Below, piece by piece: positions 27,650 through 39,982 of a DNA stretch of 64,000 nt. Origin of the DNA: Octopus sinensis (Eukaryota); NCBI RefSeq assembly GCF_006345805.1, contig NC_043001.1:107322001-107386000 (forward strand), in the 5' to 3' direction. The translations under genes were made by a program, and so were the position numbers. The notes under the pieces are model-generated. The model searched no databases, was not told the origin of the DNA, and worked only from the letters and a program-made list of their open reading frames with translations. Every line of letters starts with the position of its first letter. The first letter of the stretch is position 1.

Positions 27650-30600
27650 GATGCGTGACTATAAATACTTAATGTGGGGTGAAATCACAAACTCAAAGCC
27701 CTCTTCCCAAATGCTGTAGGGGGTTTCCAGAAATATCTGTCCCAAAAACTATATAGAAACCTCCTCGAAGACACATCAAAGAACGAGGAAGCCAAAACTT
27801 TCCACACAAGTAAGTAACTCTCTGTACTTTCATTTGTGTGTTTTAAAGCACACACCCCAATAGAATCATGGTCAAGATTGGTTGTGTGAATGCGCGTGGC
27901 TTGGGGTCTCCTTGGAAACAAGGATACCTCCTAAATGACATCAAGTCACATGATCTGGGAATCATAGCCATAAGTGAGACCAGACTCCACGAGCCACGGG
28001 CCCTAAAGTCCATGTTTGGCGGACAGTTTAACATTTATTTCGCTCCCTGTCTGCCGAGGATGGGCGGTAGTGGCACCGCGGTACTTTTTCACAAGAGCCT
28101 GGATCTCGAAGTCAAGACGATATTCGTAGACCCGGAGGGTAGACTGATCGTTCTGGATGTTGACGACAGCAATGGGTGCGCTTTCCGACTCGTATCAGTC
28201 TACGCACCGCCCTTAACAGGTCGGGCGGATTTCTTTCGACGTCTAGAAGTATTCTTGGGAACGTCTCGTCCTTTACTCTTAGTGGGGGATTGGAATGCTA
28301 CCTTGGACACGCATGTAGACTACGTGGGTAGAGACAGAAACAGAAGGGGATGCAAATGCCTCAGAGACCTGCTCAGACGATTCCAACTGTCTGACAGGTA
28401 CCGACTCGACCACCCAAATGCACCAACGTGGACATGGAGCCACCGCTGTGGGTCGTCGAGATCGTATCTAGATAGGATACTGTGTAGGACAGTAGACAAG
28501 GATAACTTAGGATGTCCACAATTCCACACAGTCAGCTACACGGATCACAAATTGGTGACATGTACGCTAGACTTAGATAAGGCACATAGACAGGGTCCTG
28601 GGTACTGGAAACTGAACGCATCATTCCCGTCCAGACAAGTTTTCAGAGACCGGATTAGCACACTAGTAAAGAGGGCTTTGACGGGAGCCATCATCAACAA
28701 CAAATGGTGGTTTGCCCTCAAGAGAGCAGTAAAAGCAGAAGCGATTAGGTACAGCAAAGCACTAGCCATAGATAGAAATAGAGTAGAGGGTGAGCTAGTT
28801 AAGAAGCTAGAAGAGGCAATTAGAAGCGGCATCGCATCCGACGTTTTGGCGGCGAGGTTGGCCCTCGACCAACACTTCAACGCCAAACACGAAGGATGTG
28901 CTGTCAGAGCTAGGATGCGTGCTCTAAGGAACGAAGGTGTTGGAGCCGCGAGAGAGGCCCGGGTGGCAGAGGCGCAACAGGGCAACAAAGCCACCATTCG
29001 GTCATTGGTAGATGAACAGGGGCGCGAATTGCTCGAGCCAAGTAAAATGTGTGAGGCCTTTCAGCAGCATTTTGCCCGACTGTTCGGGACGAGTGGAGGG
29101 CAAGAACGTAGGGTAGACTTCAGTGCCTACCTACATAGCCTGCCACGACTCTCGACAAGAAAGGCAGGGTGCTGCGAAGGTGCCATCACGGCGGCGGAAG
29201 TGCGGGAAGCGATGGCAGAATGCTCGAGGGACAAATCACCGGGTTTGGATGGTCTACCCTACGAATTTTACTATTGTATGCCAGACTTGTTTGGAGACGT
29301 CTTGGCAGCGGTATACTGCAACTGGCAGCAAAACGGGAGCATACCCTGTTTTGTGAGTCGAGGAGCTGTAACTCTGCTGAAGAAAGATCCAAACAAGGGA
29401 AACATTATAGATAACTTTAGGCCAATCACTCTGCTCAATGCAGACCTGAAAATTTTGACAAAGGTGTTAGCCAAGAGGTTGGCGCTTGTCATGGAGAAAC
29501 TGGTCGACAACGCACAAACGTGCGCCGTGCCGGGCCGGAGCATCCATGACAACCTCCATCTGATGCGCTACATCATAGACAGGGTAGTTAACGAACCTGG
29601 CATGGGTGGGGCCCTGATCAACTTGGATCAATCGAAAGCCTTTGATAGGGTAGACCATCGATACTTGGAGGCAGTCCTGAGAGCGGCTGGTTTCGGTCCC
29701 GTCTTCCGCGGCTGGATAGCTGCCTTGTACAGAGGCATCCGTTCGGTAATTCGCGTAAATGGACATCTATCGAGACCCTTCGACATTGCACGTTCGGTCC
29801 GTCAGGGATGCCTCCTCTCGGCGCTTCTATACGTATTGACTCTTGAGCCACTACTGCGGAAGCTGGCGACTCTGAGGGGCATCCCGCGAGAATTAGGATG
29901 CGGGACGAGCGTGTCTGCATACGCGGACGACGTCAACGTCATAGTGTCAAGCCACGAGCACATCGAGCGGGTCGGCGAGACACTGAAAGACTACGAAGCG
30001 GTGACAGGAGCAAAAATCAACCGGGAAAAGTCAGTGGGCTTGCGGCTCGGCACCTGGAGAAGCAAGCCCATGCCGTCCACCAGTACCTCCGTCGTGGGAC
30101 GCTGGACAGACGGCCCGGTTGAGTTGCTCGGGGTCTGGTTCGGTCCGGACCTCCAAATGGAGAAGAACTGGAACGAGATAACGAGTAGGGTGGTCACTCT
30201 CGCCCAGCAATGGGCCGAGAGGAAACTGTCCCTAAAAGGTCGGGCGGAGGTGGTGAACGCGTACATCGCGTCCATCATCTACTACCGCCTGACCGTCGTA
30301 CCTTGTCCCGACCCTACCATCACCAAACTAGAACGCATCCTCTTCCGCTTCTTGTGGAAAGGATGCGTCCCGATGGTCAGGCGATCCATTTGCTGTCAAC
30401 ACCCGTTAAAAGGAGGCTGGGCATGCCGTGGTTGATGATGCGCAGACACGCGCTGAGACTGCGACATCTCCGGCTCTATGTAGACGACGGTGAACAGGTG
30501 TGGTCGCCGTTTGTGAGGCACGCATTCCCGCAACTCGTCTCCATGACCGAACTACAGTCGTGGATCAAAAAGAGGCCGAGGAAGGGCGAATGGCACCGCG

Positions 30601-31668
30601 AGTGTCGCGTTGCTCTCAAGCAACTCTGCCGTCCCGGGTCGACCTTGAGTGACTTCAACACAACCAAAGCATTCTATAGGGGATTAGTGGAGGGGAGGTA
30701 CGACGACGAGCTCGGGGCAAACCTGGGCGTCGACGAGGAATACCTGACCCGCCTGTTTCAAACGACTTTCGGCCCGGGACCTATGGACAACTTCCAGAGA
30801 TCCCTGGCCTGGCGGTGCTACCGAGAAGCGCTACCCGTTCGGGATAAGCTCTATAGGCATGGCTCGAGAAACACGGGGCTGACCTGCCCGAGATGCGGGC
30901 AGAGCGACGAAACCGCTCTGCACGCAATCGTGCAGTGTCCAGCAATTTCCCACCTGTGGGCTTATGTCGAACGACTGCTGTCACGTGTGGAACGTGTCGG
31001 TTTATCAGCCGAGTCTATCGTTAATATCGTCACGCCTCCCTCCTTCAAACGGGAAGGAAGAGCTATTTTTATCATACTTGTGGCTATGGCGAAAGAATGT
31101 ATCTGGTGGACGCGTCTGAAAGGATTAGAGACAAACACTTTCCTCTCTGGTCAATCTCTCATCAACTTCTTCAAGTATCACTTGAAGAAAAAAGTGAGAG
31201 TAGAGAGGCAAGTTTTGTCTAGCGAATGTTTTAAAAAAAGATGGGTGAATGTAGCAAGGATGGCACGTATGAATGACGAAGCCACCTTGACTATGATTCT
31301 ATGAACCGTAAAAATTAATACAGAGAGTTGCTTATTTGCAAAAAAAAAAAAAAAGAAATATAACATGTGACTTCATTGACCGAGGTTACCGTGGTCTTTT
31401 CCGTAGGCTTTTCTTTCCACGGGTAAACCTCACCTGTCCTCCCTTTTACACTTCATATTGACATTTCTGTGATAACGATCCCTATTGATCAAATTTTTTT
31501 TTCCTCTCCCCCTTTTTTTTACCCCCCCCCTTTTTTTTGTCCTCTTTCTCTCCTTTTACGATCCCTTTTGATCGACCCCCCCCCTTTTTTTTTTTAACCT
31601 TCAAAAGAAAAGCTCTACCTTGTAATTTGCTCTATCTGTGTGCAGCCCTGTGTGGCTAATAAAGAAAC
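27650..31668 (+). mobile_element. Tx1/L1-type LINE with complete ORF2 (one frameshift), end of ORF1 and 3' UTR
   Basis: ORF 27868..30435 (APE + RT) shifts frame at about 30420 into 30210..31304. Pyrimidine-rich 3' UTR ending AATAAAGAAA. Confidence 0.92.
27868..31304 (+). CDS. APE-RT-zinc-finger ORF2 with a single 1-bp frameshift near 30420
   Basis: VNARGL, SETRL, VYAP, GDWNA, YLDRI, SYTDH (APE); FRPITLLN, LDQSKAFDRV, VRQGCLLS, AYADDV (RT); CPRC...HAIVQC (zinc finger). KGG-WA versus the expected KGGLGMP marks the shift. Confidence 0.85.
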
Positions 31669-31689
31669 ATATCTATTGGCCGATGGTCG

Positions 31690-32258
31690 GAAATCAAGTA
31701 AAGAATGACTCGTCCGAGAAAATAACAATCTTCCACTGCTCTAGAGACCAAATCTGTAGCTTTTTACTCTACTCTAAACGCTTTGCAACGTTTGTTTTTG
31801 AAAATAGTGTTTTTCTGATTGCAACCCTCCCGTGAAATCCAGCTTTGTGCAGCTCCCGGTGAACAGTTATTATTAATTTGTTTTTTGTGGAAACTGTGTT
31901 CTCGAGGTGGCCATTAAGTCCTGCAGGAATTTTGGGAGCTGTACTTTTGTGATCCTTTCTAACAATTCGCATAAGAGTCCGACGGTCCCCATCAGATAGT
32001 TTCGGTTTTATTCCGGAGTTTTGTTTCGACGAGGAGGTTTTTCCCTCTTTCTCAAGGGCTGTCATTACTTTAGATATAGTACTTCTTGATAACCAAACAT
32101 TTCGGCTGTTTTCGTTACGCTAGCCCCTGCCATACGTCTTTGAAAGTCCGATACACCTGTCATTTTAATGAATTTTGATTACCTTTTTCTGATAATATCT
32201 GAAAAGAAACAGCAATTTTAGCAAAACATATTAAGCAACACTAATAATAAATCAAAAA

Positions 32259-32289
<31 letters not shown>

Positions 32290-32369
32290 ACGTAAACAAG
32301 TTTTTGACGGTTTTATATATATTTGAAAATTATGATGCTAGGTACTTCCATTATTTTGTCCAACCCCTG
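31690..32369 (-). mobile_element. 5' half of a decayed Tc1 transposon
   Basis: Terminus TA|CAGGGGTTGGACAAAATAATGG at 32369 on the minus strand. DNA-binding-domain peptide KPKLSDGDRRTLMRIVRKDHKSTA...TVHRELHKAGFHGRVAIRK. Confidence 0.8.
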
Positions 32370-32385
32370 TATATATATATAATAT

Positions 32386-32440
<55 letters not shown>

Positions 32441-32469
32441 TCATATGCATGTATGTATGTATGTATGAT

Positions 32470-32900
32470 TGTGTGTTTGGGCGCCAGTACATGAGAACCG
32501 ATGTTGGTTTGTATGTCCCCGTAAGTTAGCTGTTCAGCAAAAAAGACGGTAGAGGATAAGTACAGACTTTAAAAATACTGGGGTCGATTTGATGAACAAG
32601 TTATAAAAGGTGATGTGACAGAATGACCGTAGTCCAGTGAATGGAACAAGGAAAAGAGCAAAGAGTTTCGCATGATTATTTTTTCTGATTTTCGGGCAGC
32701 GTGTGGCTGGATCGTTTGCACACCGAACAACATGCTTGGCGGCATTACTTCCGGTTTTACGTTCTGAGTTTAAAACATCTTAGGTCGACTTCTCTTGAGA
32801 TGTTTTCGGGTTCAATGAAATAAATACCACTCGAGCACTGGGGCCAATGTAATCGACTCGACCACTTACTCCAAATTTCTGTCTTAATACCTTAGTAGAA
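32470..32900 (+). mobile_element. Degenerate SINE B 3' half followed by a degenerate SINE A
   Basis: Recognisable family motifs with many substitutions. Confidence 0.65.
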
Positions 32901-33309
32901 TGGATTCATTTTTTTTTTTCAAATTTAAAGGAGTCTTTTAGCGGTGAGAGCAAGTTTTTAAAACAAATTACGGACGTATTTTCTATGAAAGCTCACAGTG
33001 TACTAATAATATTCTAGTTGATATCTCCAGTACACCGAAAGTGTACTCCTTCGCAGTAGTTCCTAAATATTTAAAATAGAACGCTCATGCTTCAGAGCTT
33101 TTAATCAATCAAGGCTGACCGGTCATTAAACAACAAGAACATCAACAGTTTCTTCATACATGATTGCCCTTTCTTCACGCTTGATTGATGCACCTAATAG
33201 TATGCTTTATGTATGGGTGACACTTGGTTTTAATGTTGATTCGTGTTGAACATTGTACAGAGAGTGTGGTTGCTAATTGTGATTCGAGAGATGTCATTAT
33301 GGTTGTAAT

Positions 33310-33445
33310 TTTTAAATTCTGCTGAGGTCAACTTTGCCTTTCTTCCTTTCGGGGTCGATAAAATAAGCAGCAATTGAACACTGGGTTCGATCTAATCGAC
33401 TGGTCCCTCCCCACAAATTTCAGACCTTATGCCTTTAGTAGAAAC
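33310..33445 (+). mobile_element. Partial SINE family A
   Basis: AATTCTGCTGAGGTCAACTTTGCCTTTC...GGGGTCGATAAAATAAG. Confidence 0.75.
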
Positions 33446-33973
33446 GGTTGTTATGGTTGTTATTTTGATAACGAGATTGTTATTACATAACTCTGGGTCA
33501 GCCCTAATCGGGCAGACACATAATCAAAATTAAACCAGCCGTGACCATCGTGCCTTTTTCTTGTTTGCATGAAACCCAGGACCCCATCATCCAATGTGTC
33601 CTTTTCTCAGTGGGCAGGCTGTGATGTGAGGGAGATTTGGCTACTCTTCAAAGCAGCTCAAACGAACATCTACATGCATTCTTGCGCTGCTCAAGAATCC
33701 CTCGTTTATTCAGCTTCAATCATTATATAGTTGATGTTGTTATTTTTGTTGTTTAATCCCTAACCAACACTGATTGATCAGCATTATGAACAAGGCTTAT
33801 TCCATCCGAAACTATTCAGAATGATAGGATAATCTATGACAATAAACCCTGACATCTTTCCTTTTTAAAAGAAATTTGTTTCTAAAGGATCGAATGATTC
33901 TGCAGAAGCCCTCTCGTGGTGCTTATTGTAGTACTGATAGCAGTTGTGGTGGCGATATTTACGACTAGTATCA

Positions 33974-34047
33974 GTCATAGGGTCAGTAGGGTCAATAAGG
34001 TCATAGGGCCAATAGGATCATAGGTTCAATAGGGTCATAGGGTCAAT
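33974..34047. repeat. Short 8/9-bp minisatellite (GTCATAGG / GTCAATAGG)
   Basis: About nine alternating degenerate units. Confidence 0.7.
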
Positions 34048-34244
34048 GATCCTTTGAGTGATATTGCTGGGGTGCAGGTTAAGGCATTATAGTTATTGGT
34101 AGTATAATTTTCCTACGAACTTAGTGGTTCGGTAAAAGAGGTCCTGGAGTCAATTTCGTCGACTAAAAGGTGGTGCTCCAGCATGGCTGTAATCAAATGA
34201 CTGAAGCAAGTAAAAGAATAAAAGAATAAAAGAAAATGTTTATC

Positions 34245-36000
34245 TACAAAAAATATCAAATTAGAAAACTTAAAATGCAAGAAACAATACGTGATATCTA
34301 GATACATCTGAGCCTCATAACATACATGTTAACTCGAAGCATTTATTCACTAAAAATGATGTAGCCCTCGCTATGAAGTACTCAATGACCCCTTGCAAAA
34401 CCAGCAAGGTCATTGTGTACGCGTCCCATATGGGAAAAAGGATACCGCGTGTCTGTATTCCGAGGATTCCACCAGGACTTGATATGTGGTGGCTTCTAGA
34501 ATGCGTAATCGAGCAAGGGTCATATAACGTTCCGATAGAGGTGACAAAAGCTGCCAGGGAGGACTGGTCCGGGGTGGATCTGGAGATATTTCTCCAGATC
34601 AAGCCCGACAACTTCAAAAGAATCCCGGACCACATCCATCTCCAAAATGGGACGGTATTGCGCATAATGAATGAAGGCAGAAGGCCGCATTGTTTCGTCT
34701 GTAGAGAAACTACTCACTTGCGAGTTATCTGCCCTCAACTGATAAAAAATGTACAAGGGGTCGAAGGCCTCCACTGCTGCTACGCCAGGACGTGGACCAC
34801 AACCAACACCAGCACCGGTAAAATCACCAGCAACAATAAATGAAACACCTCCAAACACATTAAGGAAAGCTCACCCACTCCTCTGACCAAAATTACACAC
34901 ATAAATAAGAATATAAACATACACACAGACACAGGCACATTTACAGCCACATGACCATGATCTTCCAGTAGTGAAGATGAAGGAAAAGCAAAAGGCCTCA
35001 AAAAACAAAATAGAAGCAAGAAAGGAAAACTCCACAAAACATAACACCACCTACAATAAAAATACAGACACCACCCACGCAAACATCTCCCCAATAACAC
35101 CAACACCAACACAATCAACACCATCACTATCACTAGAATGACCCAAACACAAACAACCTAAACAAATGCAGACACTCACAAAAACATCTAAAACTGCAGA
35201 CACCACATTCACAGCACACAGAGAAACAACAGAAACAACAAGAAGGCCATCACCACTACAGTCCAGCAAGCAAATTAAACAGCACCAACACAAAACACCC
35301 AACTTCGTACTCATCAGAAGGGACAACGAGGAACTGTTGGCCCTCGTAACACAAAACATTGAATCTGAAACAGGGGGAGTGATTTTCGAATCGAACACAT
35401 TTCGTATACCAGAAGATTTGCTTCCGGTGCGAATGTCGCTCGATTCCAACACAAAATTTCGAGAGAGCTTTCCTGGGGACGTGGGAATCGCGAACATGAG
35501 ACTTACATCTAGACTCTTATAGGGGTTTCCAAAAAAAAAAAAAAAGCAACTAATTATAGAAGTCGAACCCTCCAACCATCACAAGAACCGGGAGATAAGT
35601 AAACCTTTCCCTTTTATCTCATTAGCTTGCCAAAAAGGCTGTATTAAGAGTAGGAACTTTAAATGTTCGAGGCTTGGGGTTGACTGCTCAAAGACCTCAA
35701 GTCTTTAGAACTGGATGTGACTGCTGTCAGTGAGACCAGGATTTCCAATACACTCGCACAGGCCCCCATTTTCGACGACTATCAGATCTTTGCATCTGTT
35801 AGCCGGCCGGAGATGGGAGGTGGTGTGGCAATAATGTCTAGGAAAGAACTGGATCTTGAGGTAAGGTCGAACTTCCGGGACTTGGACGGTGAGTTAGTGG
35901 TCCTGGACGTGAGCGATAGTGGAAGCAGTGTCTTTAGACTGGTAGCCAAACGGCTGAATTTCTTTAGGCATGAGGAAGCCTTTCTAGGTATGTCCATTCC
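34245..36000 (+). mobile_element. 5' part of a Tx1-type LINE: broken ORF1 with a CCHC knuckle plus the start of APE
   Basis: ORF 34373..34843 has CFVCRETTHLRVIC (CX2CX4HX4C). ORF 35717..36007 has VSETRI...GGGVAI...DLEVRSNFRDLDGELVVLDV, homologous to the start of 27868. Confidence 0.8.
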
Positions 36001-36067
36001 TTCTTAAGTTCTCAATTTCTATTCCTGACAAGTATTTACACTACACTGATCAAGGAGTTTATTTCTT

Positions 36068-36207
36068 CAGTTTTCCACCATAATTCTCTTCGGGAAACAC
36101 GTTACATTCCCCACAATTCCAAACAGATCTAAGTACTCGATGGCCCACGAATGTAGAATCATATCATAAGCCATTCCCAGATTTGTTCTCCTTCGTTTAC
36201 AATCTTG

Positions 36208-36210
<3 letters not shown>
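36068..36210 (-). mobile_element. Small Dong-like RT fragment abutting (TTA)n
   Basis: DCKRRRTNLGMAYDMILHSWAIEYL resembles N.S.AWIDYKKA(Y/F)D.IPH.WI with an internal deletion. Confidence 0.55.
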
Positions 36211-36257
<47 letters not shown>

Positions 36258-36282
36258 TATTATTATTATTATTATTATTATT

Positions 36283-36836
36283 GAGTGAGAGAGCAGTGCA
36301 TGCCATCAAAGTGACACTGGGGTAAAATATACGAAGCCCAATATACCCATCATGACTACCCGTCTGATAAGGGTACACCAGGCACATGCATCACAACCAT
36401 ATGTGCGCGACATGGTGATCTCATATCAAGATTAACAGCACATGACCTTGCAGGTGGGGCCCAGTTAGAATTTTCTTCAGGTTGAGTAGCCCATCCCGTT
36501 CAAAAGGTCCCTGAATAAGGGTTGTTTAAGGATGTTGAAAGAACCACCCATGTTTCCAGAGGTGAATTATTCAAACCCCAAAGAATCCCTCTCAACACAT
36601 GGCTATGATGCTCCCCCACTACTTCTGCTCGTGATCAGAGATGCACATATCGTCAGCCACTAAGGGACATGGTGAACTGGTTACGGTCAAACAACTGACA
36701 AGCAAATCTGTGGTATTGAGCAGAATATTTGCTGTAGCCCATCTTTTATACGAAGACAAAACAATGTACATGATAACACTTCCGATCAGTTAAGATCAGA
36801 AGCCATGGGAACCACTGCCTGGTACTGCATCAGGGC

Positions 36837-36838
<2 letters not shown>
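36283..36838. mobile_element. Complete family C element (556 bp), flanked by (TTA)n on both sides
   Basis: Same termini (GAGTGAGAGAGCAGTGC ... CTGCATCAGGGCA) as 46353-46912. No coding similarity recognised. Confidence 0.85.
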
Positions 36839-36911
<73 letters not shown>

Positions 36912-36933
36912 CATTGTTGTTGTTGTTGCTGTT

Positions 36934-36985
<52 letters not shown>

Positions 36986-37289
36986 GTAGTGGGTGTAACA
37001 GCAGCAATATGAAGTGTAGCTTGAAAACTAGTGGTAATGTAACTTAATAGAAATTTTACAAAGAAGAGTTTTAAACTAGGGCAAGTATTGTGAAGTTATC
37101 AGCTTTTTAGACCATGAAGTTAAAATGAAAAGATTCTTGTAAATATGCATGCATTTGAGTGTGAGTGTGGGAGGGTGTGAAGATAGGAGGGAGATTGCGC
37201 GGTTAGATAGAAATGTAGGCGGCATGTGTGAGAACTCGACAGACATGCAGTCTAATCGAAATATTTATTCGCTGAGAGTCTTGTACATT

Positions 37290-37410
37290 AGAAGAAAATT
37301 AGTTGAGGTCGACTTTGCCTTTCATCATCACGGGGTCGATTACTTGTACAAGTTCAACACTGTAATCGACTTACTCCTCCGCCAAAATGGCTGCCCTTGT
37401 GGCAAAATAC
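37290..37410 (+). mobile_element. Partial SINE family A
   Basis: GAGGTCGACTTTGCCTTTCATC...GGGGTCGAT...GTAATCGACTTA. Confidence 0.7.
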
Positions 37411-37415
37411 GAAAC

Positions 37416-37469
<54 letters not shown>

Positions 37470-37472
<3 letters not shown>

Positions 37473-37610
37473 AGTTACTGCCTGGAATCGAACTCGGAAT
37501 CTTGGGGTTAGTAGCCCGCGCTCTTAACTACTACGCCATATACCCGTAGGGGTTAAGAGCGCAGGCTACTAACCCCAAGATTCCGAGTTCGATTCCAGGC
37601 AGTAACTTGA
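37470..37610. repeat. Head-to-head pair of ~75-bp tRNA-like SINEs forming a palindrome
   Basis: Arms 37470-37528 and 37552-37610 are reverse complements with one mismatch. A box TGGCGTAGTAG, B box GAGTTCGATTCC. (TTA)n on the left, (TAA)n on the right. Confidence 0.9.
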
Positions 37611-37646
37611 ATAATAATAATAACAATAATAATAATAATAATAATA

Positions 37647-37695
<49 letters not shown>

Positions 37696-37697
<2 letters not shown>

Positions 37698-39866
37698 GAC
37701 AGCAAAACCAGAAAACTACAGACCAATAACCCGTCTCCCTACAATGTACAAGGCATTTACTGCAGTGATATGGCAAAGATTGAACAAACACCTGGACGAA
37801 AACAACCTGTTTCCAAACGAGCAGAAAGAATGCCGCAAAGGCTCATATGGCTGTAAAGATCAACTAATGATTAATAAAGCCATAACTGAAGACAGCCACA
37901 GAAAGAAGAAAGGCCTCAGTATGGCCTGGATCGACTACAAAAAGGCGTTTGATAGCATCCCCCACACATGGATCCTCGAAACACTAGCCATTAACAAAGT
38001 AGCACCAACAATTATAAAATTCATAGGGCACTCTATGAATAAATGGCAAACAGTGCTACAGCTCCAAACAAAAGAGGGACTCATGAAAACCAAAGCCATC
38101 CCCATTAGAAGAGGAATATTCCTGGGAGACACGCTCTCTCCACTCCTTTTCTGCTTGGCACTGTCACCTCTATCTGATATGCTAAATAGAACTGGATGCG
38201 GATATAAATGTTACGGCAAAACGATCAGCCACCTTTTATATATGGATAACCTAAAACTATACGCTGCAAATGACAAACAGCTGGAAACACTATTAAAGAC
38301 AGTTCATGGATTTACCAAAGAAATAGATATGAAATTTGGATTAGAAAACTGCGCCAAAGTAACCCTGAAAAGAGAAAAACTAGTTAAGAGTAGCAACATC
38401 ACACTAGATAAAACCAATGAAATAAAAGAACTAGACCAAAGCCAAACTTACAAATACTTAGGAATCCATGAACTAGATAAGACACAACACACACAAATGA
38501 AAGAGAAAATAAAAAAAGAATATTATAGACGAGTTAGATCAATACTAAAAACAGAGCTCAATGCTAAAAACAAGATAATAGGTATTAACACTTTAGCTGT
38601 CCCAGTTATAAGTTACAGCTACAATATCCTTAACTGGACACGAAATGAACTGACCAAAATAGATAGGAAAACAAGAAAAATAATGACAGGATCTAGGATG
38701 CATCACCCAAAATCTGACATAGAAAGACTATATATACAACGTATAGAAGGTGGTAGAGGCCTTATACAGCTGGAAAACTACTATAAAATAACCACCATAG
38801 GACTGCAAAAATATCTACTTCAGAAGGAAGGAAAACTGATACAAATAGCGGCAAAACACGAGCAAAACAAAAAACTGTTCTCAGTATTTAAGGAAGCTGA
38901 CAAATACAAACAAGAAATCATACCACCTAATAGATATGAAGAAGAAGAAGATGAAGAAACAACAAAAGCTATAAAACAAATGAAATCCAAACTAAAAATA
39001 GAACAGCAACGAACCATGATAAAACGATGGCAAGAAAAGCCTCTTCATGGTAAATACTGGACTAAACTAAACGCAAAAGAAATAGACAAAGAAAAATCCA
39101 AGCAATGGTTGAGAAGCTCAGGACGCAATGCAGAGACAGAGGGATTTTTACTTGCAGCCCCCCACCAGAAATTACCAAAAACATGTAATGAAAAGAAATA
39201 TAACAAGTAACTGCAGAATATGTGGAGATGGACAAGAAACAATAAATCATATTATCTCTGGCTGCCCAATCCTGGCTAAGAAGGAATATATTCACAGACA
39301 TGACAGAGTTGGAACCTACATACATTGGAAGTTATGCCAACATTATGGAATAACAACAGAAAAAGATGGTATAGGCACACACCAGAAAAGGTCACAGAAA
39401 ACGAGAAAGCAACCATACTCTGGAATATGCCAATACACACAGATAGAGAAATTAAGGCCAACAGACCACATATAGTTGTCAGAGATCATGAAGAAAAAAT
39501 GCTTTCTTATTGATGTATCAATACCGGCAGATGACAACGTGTCTCTAAAAGAAATGGAGAAACTTTCAAAATACAACGACCTGGAAATAGAGGTAACCAG
39601 AATGTGGAATCTAAAAACAGAAACAATTCCTATCATAGTAGGTGCATAAGGCATGATAAAAAAATATTCAGACAAATACATAACAAAAACACCAGGACTT
39701 ACAAACACATATAATATACAGAAAATTGCACTACTAGGCACTGCACACAGAACACTTTCCATACAATAACCATCAGAGCATCACAACAAATCACAGCACA
39801 TACCTAAGGCACACAGAGCTGCGCTCGGTAGTGAAGTGAAAGCACGCTATAAAAATAAAACTACTG
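37696..39866 (+). mobile_element. 5'-truncated R4/Dong LINE (family D2), frameshifted, in (TAA)n
   Basis: ORF 37744..39210 (WIDYKKAFDS, GIFLGDTLSP, YMDNLK), then CRICGDGQETINHIISGC, RHD and RPHIVV in shifted frames. 3' UTR followed by (TAA)n. Confidence 0.9.
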
Positions 39867-39893
39867 AATAATAATAATAATAATATAATAATA

Positions 39894-39947
<54 letters not shown>

Positions 39948-39948
39948 C

Positions 39949-39982
<34 letters not shown>

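Noticed and set aside
28320-30984. Antisense and alternate-frame ORFs overlapping the LINE ORFs (also 8022-8865, 13518-14900, 37935-39762)
   Set aside because: They are expected shadows of long coding frames and show no independent motifs.
36780-36838. HDV-like ribozyme at the family C 5' end
   Set aside because: Some hairpin pairing exists, but there is no P1.1 GG, no P4 and no correct nested double-pseudoknot order.
37470-37610. tRNA genes with an ACT anticodon
   Set aside because: A and B boxes are present, but the acceptor, anticodon and T stems do not pair properly and a TAA tail follows. These are tRNA-derived SINEs.
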